This document shows, piece after piece, positions 1-7,679 of a stretch of 64,000 nt of DNA. The DNA lies in contig CAXXYH010000001.1 in NCBI GenBank assembly GCA_963677925.2, positions 1 through 64,000 of the forward strand, given 5' to 3'. Source of the stretch: Spirochaetia bacterium. GTDB lineage: Bacteria > Spirochaetota > Spirochaetia > UBA9216. The notes beneath the pieces are model-generated. The model was given only the letters and a program-made list of their open reading frames with translations, did not search any database and was not told the DNA's origin. The translations under genes were made by a program, and so were the position numbers. Each line of letters starts with the position of its first letter. Position 1 is the stretch's first letter.

Positions 1-1229
1 GATGGTAGCCGCTTAAGAACAGTAGATGTACGGGGGCGCAGAATTGACGATGATGATTATCAGATTATTGCGCCGGAAAACGGTAATAATCTTGTTTTGA
101 CCCTTGATCGTGATATACAGATTTTATGTGAAAAAGCTTTAGGTAACCGACTTGGTTCAGTTGTAGTTCTGAAACCAAATACCGGTGAAGTCTTGGCAAT
201 GGTTTCATATCCTAATTATGATCCTAATATTTTTTATACAGATGAAGGTAATAGAGAATATAACAGACTATCCCTTGATTCAAGATTTCCATTTTTAAAC
301 CGCAGTATTCAATCCGGATATGCTCCGGCTTCAACATTTAAAATGTTTATGACTGCTGCGGTTTTGGAAGAGGAAGCCTTTCCTCTTAATAAGACAATAA
401 ACTGCACCGGTGAAAAACGACTAGGTGACAGAATATTTAAATGTCACAAACTAAGCGGGCATGGGCCGCTGGATCTTGCCCACGGACTTGCAGAGTCATG
501 TAATGTATTTTTCTACACTATGGGTATAGACTATCTGGGTATAGATAAGATTTCCGATTATGCCGGCCGGTTCGGATTCGGTCAGATAACAGGAATTGAT
601 CTACCTGGAGAAATTCAGGGGCTTGTTCCTACACCGGAATGGAAAGAAGAAGTTTATCATACTATCTGGGTCGGCGGAGATACTATGAATGTTTCAATCG
701 GGCAGGGGGCTTTAAATGTAACACCTCTGCAGCTTGCTAATGCTGTGGCAATGATTGTAAACGAGGGAGTAGCTTATAAACCCCATATTCTTAAAATGGT
801 AACAGATTCTACAACAGGAGAAGTGATATCTTCGGTTGAACCTGAAATCTTGCGTACAAGTAATATTCGAAAAGAAACCTTTCAGACTTTGAAAGAATAT
901 ATGCGTGGAGTAATCACAGAAGGTACAGCAAGGTGGGTAATTACAACGAAGGCCGTTGAGATAGCCGAAAAACTGGAACCGGTCAGGCTGGATACGAAGA
1001 ACAGTGGGACTCCTGGTTTGCTGCATACGGTCCTTATGATGCTGTAGATCCTGACGATCAGGTTGTTGTTGTTGTCAACGTCGAAGCAAAGAATGATTGG
1101 GAATGGTGGGGCCCGAAAGCAGCAGATATGATTTTTCAGGGAATATTTGCTGATCAGAATTATGAAGAAGTGCTGGATGAATTTAAATATCGCTGGTACA
1201 TTCAGGAACTGAGGAATCGTGAAGAGTGA
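1..1229 (+). CDS. mrdA: Penicillin-binding protein 2 (transpeptidase), 5'-truncated by the window edge, with an apparent 1-nt frameshift at ~967
   Basis: Frame 1 is open from base 1 and contains SxxK (ASTFK) and SxN (ESCN). The third motif KTGT and the C-terminus (..SWFAAYGPY..WEWWGPKAA..) lie in another frame after 967 and end at TGA 1227-1229, overlapping the rodA GTG. Confidence 0.93.
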
Positions 1230-2539
1230 AATCCAAATCTTTTTTTGCCTTTGATCTGATAATTTTTTTCTCGATAGTAGCTTTGGTTACAATAGGAATA
1301 ATCTTTATATATTCCAGCGGGATTTCTTCTGATGGCATTTTGCAGAATAATGAATATATTAAGCAAATAGTATGGGGCGTTATAGGTATAATTTTTTATA
1401 TGCTGGTTTCTTTCTTTGATTACGAGAAACTGCGCAGCTACAGTAACCAGATTTATTATGCAATGATTATTATGCTTGTTATTGTTTTGGCTTTCGGTTC
1501 TATCGTTAATGGGGCCAGATCCTGGATTAGTTTTAAAGGTGTCGGATTTCAACCCTCCGAGTTTATGAAAATTGCATTGATTATTCAGCTTGCAGCTTTT
1601 TATGAAAAGAATGAAAAAAAGTATAATGATCTGGTTAAATTTCTGATAGGTATGCTTCTTATGGCAATACCTATGGGACTTGTTCTTATCCAGCCAGATA
1701 TGGGTACAGCTTTGGTTTATCTGCCTATTTTTCTTGTTATTTCTTTCACTGCTGGAATCAAACGCCGATATATTTTCTTCATTCTCTTAACCGGTATTTT
1801 TATTATTATCTTCACCCTTATTCCTGCATGGGATAGTTATATTGTCATAGAAAAGAATCTAAAAATTACTCGTATTTTAACAGAGAAACATATTCTTTTA
1901 ATTGTTATAGGTTCTATTGCATTAATAGCCGGATTGTGCGGTGCAGGGCTTCTCTTTTATAAAAAAGCATATTTTTACTGGATAGGATATTTTGCCCTTA
2001 TTTTAAGTATCGCTCTTGGTATGACTTTTATAGCATCGGATTTTCTAAAAGATTATCAGCTTAAAAGACTTATCATATTTCTAGATCCTCAGGTTGACCC
2101 TAAAGGCGCAGGATGGAATGTTATTCAGTCAATCACTGCAGTAGGTTCCGGAGGTCCCTTCGGAAAAGGCTTTCTGCAGGGAACCCAAAGTCATTACAGA
2201 TACCTTCCACAGCAGTCTACAGATTTTATATTCTCTATTATTGCCGAAGAATGGGGATTCCTTGGAAGTATTATTGTTTTTGTGCTGTTTCTTGTGATAA
2301 TGCTTAGAACTCTTTTTGTAATGACTTCGGTGAAGGATGCTTTTGCACTTTACATAGGTGTAGGAGTTGTGGGAATGCTGTTCTTTCACTTTATAGTTAA
2401 CATAGGTATGGCTATGGGCATAATGCCTGTAACAGGAATCCCTCTATTAATGGTTTCATATGGCGGGTCTTCTATACTGACAAGTATGATGGCGCTTGGT
2501 CTTATATCCAGCATCTACTTGCATAAATACAAATACTGA
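1226..2539 (+). CDS. rodA: Rod shape-determining SEDS glycosyltransferase RodA
   Basis: Multi-TM protein with GARSWI, FQPSEFMK, QPDMGT, PQQSTDFIF and SYGGSS motifs; directly follows mrdA. Confidence 0.95.
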   Translation: MKSKSFFAFDLIIFFSIVALVTIGIIFIYSSGISSDGILQNNEYIKQIVWGVIGIIFYMLVSFFDYEKLRSYSNQIYYAMIIMLVIVLAFGSIVNGARSWISFKGVGFQPSEFMKIALIIQLAAFYEKNEKKYNDLVKFLIGMLLMAIPMGLVLIQPDMGTALVYLPIFLVISFTAGIKRRYIFFILLTGIFIIIFTLIPAWDSYIVIEKNLKITRILTEKHILLIVIGSIALIAGLCGAGLLFYKKAYFYWIGYFALILSIALGMTFIASDFLKDYQLKRLIIFLDPQVDPKGAGWNVIQSITAVGSGGPFGKGFLQGTQSHYRYLPQQSTDFIFSIIAEEWGFLGSIIVFVLFLVIMLRTLFVMTSVKDAFALYIGVGVVGMLFFHFIVNIGMAMGIMPVTGIPLLMVSYGGSSILTSMMALGLISSIYLHKYKY

Positions 2540-2555
2540 TATAGGTTTTATTTCT

Positions 2556-5072
2556 ATGAATAGTTTCTCAAACAAAAGAATTCCTGATGCAGAATTTAAA
2601 AAAATTCTGTTAAATGTGACTTCCCCCGGAAGATATTCCGGAGGTGAGTATAATTCGATAAAAAAAGCTGATTCGATATTAAAAATTGCGCTCTGTTTTC
2701 CTGATTTATACGAAATCGGGATGTCGAATCAAGCTGTAAAGATACTTTATAATATCATAAATAAAAAAACTCATTCTCAATGTGAGCGAGTTTTTTGTCC
2801 GGCTCCGGATATGGAACAGGCACTGGAACAAAATAAAAATCCATTATTTTCGCTTGAGACGAGAACTCCGGTAAAACAATTTAATATTCTGGCTTTTACG
2901 GTTGGATATGAACTTGCTGCTACTAATATGCTTAATGTTTTATCTTTAAGCGGTATTCCTGTTTTAGCCGGAGAACGAACTGAAGAAGACCCAGTTGTAA
3001 TCGCAGGAGGACCGGCAATAACAAATCCTTTACCATTTGGTAAATTTATTGATGCAGTTTTTATAGGTGAGGCTGAATCAGAATTCTTATCTTTAATTAA
3101 AGACCTTGAAAATCTGAAGACGGAAGGTTTAGGAAGAACGGAAATCCTTAATATTTTACAAAAAAATCCTTTCGTATGGTATTCAGGAAAAAAGGAAAAG
3201 ACGAAGAGGGCTGTATGGAACGATTTCGGCAGCAATCTTACGGATATGGAATATCTTGTTCCTTCAATAAAGACCGTTCAGGACCATGGTGTGATAGAAA
3301 TCATGAGAGGCTGCCCTAATGGCTGTAGATTCTGTCATGCAGGTATTTACTATAGGCCTTTCAGGGAAAAATCGGTAAATAATATCATAAGTGAAGCTGA
3401 AAACATTATTAAACAATGCGGGTATCGTGAAATGACTTTGTCTTCGCTGTCCAGTGGTGATTATACACAGATACAGACGCTCAGCAGACGTTTAAATGAT
3501 ATTTTCAGCAAAAGAAAGATATCTTTTTCTTTTCCGTCCATGCGCGTAAACGGTTTTACATTACCTTTAATAAATGAAATATCAAAAGTGCGTAAAAGCG
3601 GGCTTACATTTGCAATTGAAACACCGGATATCGCTCACCAGAAAGGGCTTAATAAAGAAGTTACAACTGATAAGATAATCGAAATACTAAATCAAGCAAA
3701 AAAATATGGCTGGAATAAAGCTAAATTCTATTTTATGGTTGGACTGCCATTCTTCAGAGAAGATGAAGAAACCGATAATATTATTGATTTTCTGAGAAAA
3801 GTTGGGCGCGAATCAAGAATGCAGATTAATGTAAATCTTGGTACGTTTATTCCTAAACCGCATACTCCATATCAGTGGTCTTTTCAGCTTACCGAGGAAG
3901 AAGCTCTGCAAAGAATAATGAAAATTAAAAAAGCTCTTCCGCCAAGATTCTTTAAAGTTGGTTATCAATCTCCTTTTATGTCCATGATAGAAGGAGTTAT
4001 AAGCAGAGGTGACGAATCTGCGGCAGATATTATTCTTACCGCTTACAAGAACGGTGCCAGGCTGGACGCATGGGAAGAGTATATTGACCGTGATGCATGG
4101 AGAAATGCAATAACCGACTGTGATGTTAACATGGATATTTTATTTTCTAGTAAAGATACTGAAGAAGCTCTGCCATGGGATGATATCAGTTTAAATGTGG
4201 GAAAGGCATTTCTTAAACGAGAACTGTCCAAAGCCTTCAACAGTGAAATAACAGATCCTTGCAATAACCCATGCAATGATTTATGCGGCTGCTGTAATGA
4301 TGATACAACTAAAGTAATCCATGCTCAAAGGCCTGCAGATGAAGAAAACCCAGAAAATAAAACGGAAAAATCAAAGGAAGATTTAGAAAAGAGAATTAAG
4401 ATATTATTTTCATTCACTAAAAATGAATCAGCTGTATATCTATCCCACATAAATATTATGTCTGTTTTTGAACGGGCATTCCTGCGTGCTGGTCTTAATG
4501 TTTGTTATACCGAAGGGTTTAATCCAAAGCCGGTGCTTGAATTTGCAAATCCTGTTTCTCTCGGGATCTATTCTGACGAAGAAATTGCAGCAGCAGATTT
4601 TACTTTTTCTCAAAATACAAATTGTGATATCATTGAAAGCAGTTTCAAAGATGGATTAAATGCAGTTCTTCCTGAAGGCGTTAAGATTGTAAGATGTAAA
4701 GTCATAAAACTGATTGAAAATGAAGAAACTGGTAAAAAAACAAGATCTACCATGTCTGTCTATGCAGGCGGTGTATATGAAATCAGTGCTGCTGTTGATT
4801 TACAATCTGAGAAAATAGACAAGCTTGAAAACTTTCTTGAAAATAATTATGACATGAAATTCGAAAGGCAGGGTAAGAAAATAATACTAAGTACTGGTTT
4901 GAATAATTTAAATGAAAAAGTTAAAATTGTTAATCCAGTTAAATTTTTAAATGAAAAGTTTTCTGAGTTTTTCATTTCAGAGTTTACTGTAACAAGAATA
5001 TCTACGCTTGCAGAAGACTGGAGAGAAGTAGACAGGTATGTGCAAGTTAATTACTTTGATCTATATCAGTAG
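2556..5072 (+). CDS. Radical SAM protein (TIGR03960-like) fused to a C-terminal TIGR03936/DUF2344-like domain
   Basis: FPDLYEIGMSN, CxxxCxxC (RGCPNGCRFC), LPWD, a Cys-rich linker (CNNPCNDLCGCC), then YLSH..FERAFLRAGL..YTEGFNPKP. ATG 2556 is preferred over the track start because it follows the rodA stop. Confidence 0.88.
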   Translation: MNSFSNKRIPDAEFKKILLNVTSPGRYSGGEYNSIKKADSILKIALCFPDLYEIGMSNQAVKILYNIINKKTHSQCERVFCPAPDMEQALEQNKNPLFSLETRTPVKQFNILAFTVGYELAATNMLNVLSLSGIPVLAGERTEEDPVVIAGGPAITNPLPFGKFIDAVFIGEAESEFLSLIKDLENLKTEGLGRTEILNILQKNPFVWYSGKKEKTKRAVWNDFGSNLTDMEYLVPSIKTVQDHGVIEIMRGCPNGCRFCHAGIYYRPFREKSVNNIISEAENIIKQCGYREMTLSSLSSGDYTQIQTLSRRLNDIFSKRKISFSFPSMRVNGFTLPLINEISKVRKSGLTFAIETPDIAHQKGLNKEVTTDKIIEILNQAKKYGWNKAKFYFMVGLPFFREDEETDNIIDFLRKVGRESRMQINVNLGTFIPKPHTPYQWSFQLTEEEALQRIMKIKKALPPRFFKVGYQSPFMSMIEGVISRGDESAADIILTAYKNGARLDAWEEYIDRDAWRNAITDCDVNMDILFSSKDTEEALPWDDISLNVGKAFLKRELSKAFNSEITDPCNNPCNDLCGCCNDDTTKVIHAQRPADEENPENKTEKSKEDLEKRIKILFSFTKNESAVYLSHINIMSVFERAFLRAGLNVCYTEGFNPKPVLEFANPVSLGIYSDEEIAAADFTFSQNTNCDIIESSFKDGLNAVLPEGVKIVRCKVIKLIENEETGKKTRSTMSVYAGGVYEISAAVDLQSEKIDKLENFLENNYDMKFERQGKKIILSTGLNNLNEKVKIVNPVKFLNEKFSEFFISEFTVTRISTLAEDWREVDRYVQVNYFDLYQ

Positions 5073-5865
5073 TATTTTGTTTTAACTTTGCCTCATCCCA
5101 TAGTTTATCAAGATGTTCGAGAGACATTTCGGACATCTTTTTATTTTGTGATTTTACTTCACACTCAATATATTTAAAACGATCTATGAACTTTGAGTTG
5201 GTTTTTGAAAGAGCAGTAGATGGATCTACTTTAAGATATCTTGAGATATTAACAATAGTAAACAGGATATCTCCGATTTCTTCCTCAATATTTTCATCCG
5301 ATTTATTTAGAACCGCCTGTTTGAGCTCATCAACTTCTTCATCAAGCTTGGAAATTACTTCATCTATAGTATCCCATTCAAAGTTGTTTTTAGCTGCTTT
5401 TTTCTGTATCTTGTAAGCTTTTAAAAGAGGAGGGAAATGCTTTGCAAGAGAATCCATTACCGAATCATGATGTATTCTGCCTTCAACATGCAGTTTGATG
5501 TCTTCCCACTGCCGTTTTACTTCCTCCGATGTACCTGCCTTTGTGTCGCTGAAAATATGCGGATGTCTTCTGATTAATTTCTCGCAGATAGATTTAAAAA
5601 CATCATTCATACTGAATTTATCTTGCTTTTCATAGATCATACTTATAAATGCTGCAAGCAAAAAGACATCACCTAATTCTTCGCATGCATGTTCATAGTC
5701 ATTCTCAATTATAGCATCAAAACATTCGTAAGCTTCTTCTATAAGATTTTCTTTAAGACTGTCAGGTGTTTGTTCCCGATCCCAGGGACAACCATTGGGT
5801 CCGAGAAGTGTATTTAATATCTCGATTAGAGAGTTGAAATCATATGAAGGTGTATTGTTTTCCAT
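5047..5865 (-). CDS. mazG: Nucleoside triphosphate pyrophosphohydrolase MazG
   Basis: GCPWDREQT, EEAYE, EELGD, KLIRRHPH and a second domain with EEEIGDILF. Confidence 0.95.
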   Translation of the reverse strand: MENNTPSYDFNSLIEILNTLLGPNGCPWDREQTPDSLKENLIEEAYECFDAIIENDYEHACEELGDVFLLAAFISMIYEKQDKFSMNDVFKSICEKLIRRHPHIFSDTKAGTSEEVKRQWEDIKLHVEGRIHHDSVMDSLAKHFPPLLKAYKIQKKAAKNNFEWDTIDEVISKLDEEVDELKQAVLNKSDENIEEEIGDILFTIVNISRYLKVDPSTALSKTNSKFIDRFKYIECEVKSQNKKMSEMSLEHLDKLWDEAKLKQNTTDIDQSN

Positions 5866-5880
5866 ACAGTAATGATATCA
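5866..5880 (-). promoter_or_regulatory. Extended -10 promoter 6 nt upstream of the mazG ATG (leaderless architecture)
   Basis: Minus strand reads TG-a-TATCAT (5880-5872), 6 nt, ATG 5865; no SD. Confidence 0.55.
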
Positions 5881-6134
5881 CATATATAAAAATTAATTAA
5901 TATCCTGAAAATAATTAGAATATTTGATGTCAAATGTTAGGTATTCCAATACTTCAGAGCAGGAGTGTATGAAAAATAATACAATATAATGTAGTTTATA
6001 AGTTTTTTTGATAATTTGAATTAAGTCAGGTTTGTTGTTGTAGTATATTGTTTATTATTTTATGGTGTGTTTAGTAGTGGTAAAGTAAAGGTATTATTAG
6101 AAAAAGGTTTATAAAAAGAAAAACAACTTATAGG

Positions 6135-6162
6135 AGTAGACAGAATATATATTATCGGAAGT
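6135..6162 (-). other. dif: dif site (XerC/XerD chromosome dimer resolution site)
   Basis: Minus strand ACTTCCGATAA-TATATA-TTCTGTCTACT has the 11-6-11 layout and 23/28 identity to B. subtilis dif as recalled (ACTTCCTAGAA-TATATA-TTATGTAAACT). It lies in a 400-bp AT-rich intergenic region where gene orientation converges. Confidence 0.82.
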
Positions 6163-6265
6163 AAAATGTAGCGAATGAGATTTTTAATTTATGCAACCAA
6201 CCCAAAAGAGCCCATTATTCATGAAACACACTGACCTCTCTCTTTGAGGGTTTTTTATGTCTTAA

Positions 6266-6553
6266 TCAGTTATTCTCAGCTACTATACTGTAAAATAATA
6301 CGACAACTATCGAAGTTATCAATGGCATGAATATACTTATTGTAAAAATATTTCTGAAAAAGCTGAAATACTTAAGAGGATCAAAAGTGACAAAAAGATT
6401 TAAGAAACCTCCAAGGAATGAACCTATTACTCCAAATAATAAGCAGGGAAGAAAATGTTTAAGACTTTTTCGTTTAAAAAATAAAAAGAAAAGGAAAGAT
6501 ATAATAGTACCAATTAAAAGATATGTAAGTGCTACATTAAAATAAAAAAACAT
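6266..6553 (-). CDS. Small 3-TM membrane protein, GlsB/YeaQ/YmgE (transglycosylase-associated)-like
   Basis: 95 aa with three hydrophobic segments and a GVIGSFLGG glycine motif; GGAG SD upstream. Confidence 0.6.
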   Translation of the reverse strand: MFFYFNVALTYLLIGTIISFLFFLFFKRKSLKHFLPCLLFGVIGSFLGGFLNLFVTFDPLKYFSFFRNIFTISIFMPLITSIVVVLFYSIVAENN

Positions 6554-6583
6554 CTAACTATAAATCTCCAAAATCAAAAAGTA

Positions 6584-7477
6584 TCAGTAGGAATCTGTTA
6601 TACTGCAGTCAAAGCTTAAGGTACCCAGATATTCAGGTTCACTATAAACGGACTGGGTAATATCTTCTGTATCTCTTCCATAGGAACATATATAAAACGT
6701 TATGTAGAGGTTAAGCACATCCGTCATATTTGCAGAAGTAATACTTGTTGGCATATCACTGTCATTAATATCAAAATCAGTATCATTAAAAGATTTTGCA
6801 ATATAATCAGAACTTGCGGGATCTGATATTTGATCATTATAAACCCATCTATAAAGATAAGGCGTCGGGTCAAAAGTATATGTGCTTGTGTTATACGATT
6901 CAATATTATTATAATTCTCATTGAGAAAGTTAAATCTGATTTCAAAATCAGCATCCAGCATGTTCTCATCAAGTAGAAATGCAGGTTTAGAATTACTGTG
7001 TAAAGTTTCATCAATACCGGATGTAATTTGAGTTGAAGATGTTACCTCGCCGATGGAGATATACAATCTTCTGAATCCGTTATTTTTTAAAAGAGTATAA
7101 TCAGGACTGGAGTTTCCATCAATTTTATTGAAATCAGTGAGATACGTAGTAGAACTTGTTGAATCAGGATAATAGATTTTATAAAATATTTCATATCCCT
7201 GAAAAATATTTAAGGAATTAGTATAAGCGTTTTGAAAAATTAAATCATATTCACCTGTAGTAGGATCATCACGTACCTGAGTTTTTTGGGGCGGTGCAAG
7301 ATAAGAATATGTAGGTAACCCGCAAGATGAAATAAAAAATAATATAAAAAATATATTTACTAGGCTAAAAAAGCTCCAGCAGGACGGTAAAGAATTAAAA
7401 ATTACCACTACCCTATTTTCTATAATTTCCAATCTATCTTTTCTATTAAATATCAATAAGCTCATAAATTGTTTCAA
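6584..7477 (-). CDS. Hypothetical lipoprotein (true start uncertain, likely downstream of 7477)
   Basis: Hydrophobic stretch and spirochaetal lipobox FFILFFISS-C-GLP, followed by a Ser/Thr/Asp/Tyr-rich mature part. Confidence 0.7.
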   Translation of the reverse strand: MKQFMSLLIFNRKDRLEIIENRVVVIFNSLPSCWSFFSLVNIFFILFFISSCGLPTYSYLAPPQKTQVRDDPTTGEYDLIFQNAYTNSLNIFQGYEIFYKIYYPDSTSSTTYLTDFNKIDGNSSPDYTLLKNNGFRRLYISIGEVTSSTQITSGIDETLHSNSKPAFLLDENMLDADFEIRFNFLNENYNNIESYNTSTYTFDPTPYLYRWVYNDQISDPASSDYIAKSFNDTDFDINDSDMPTSITSANMTDVLNLYITFYICSYGRDTEDITQSVYSEPEYLGTLSFDCSITDSY

Positions 7478-7606
7478 GCTTATTCTTACCTTTTACTCTT
7501 ATAATGTCAAGCTCATGTATGATAACTTTATCCTGCATTGGAAATTAAAGTACTACGGGGGGGCTGTAAAAAAGTCCTGGAAATTTAACTGGTTTGTTTC
7601 TTAGAC

Positions 7607-7649
7607 AAAAAAAGCCCTGTTCCCAGAGAAAGGAATCAGAGCTTTTTTT
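7607..7649. terminator. Intrinsic terminator, potentially bidirectional, downstream of the cyclase gene
   Basis: A-run, GCCCTG-TTCC stem, loop, GGAA-TCAGAGC stem, T7. Confidence 0.7.
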
Positions 7650-7679
7650 GTGTTAAGGTAAATTTAGCTTATATACCCC

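Noticed and set aside
5961-5989. AGGAG followed by mini-ORF MKNNTI* in the dif gap
   Set aside because: It has only six codons, a 3-nt SD spacing and no other support.
5979-6006. Second dif-like core (ATAA-TGTAGT-TTAT)
   Set aside because: Only the inner 4 bp of each arm match; the outer arms do not resemble Xer sites, and such matches are expected in AT-rich DNA.
7560-7580. GGGCTGTAAAAAAGTCC resembling an IS terminal inverted repeat
   Set aside because: No partner repeat, target duplication or transposase was seen in the window.
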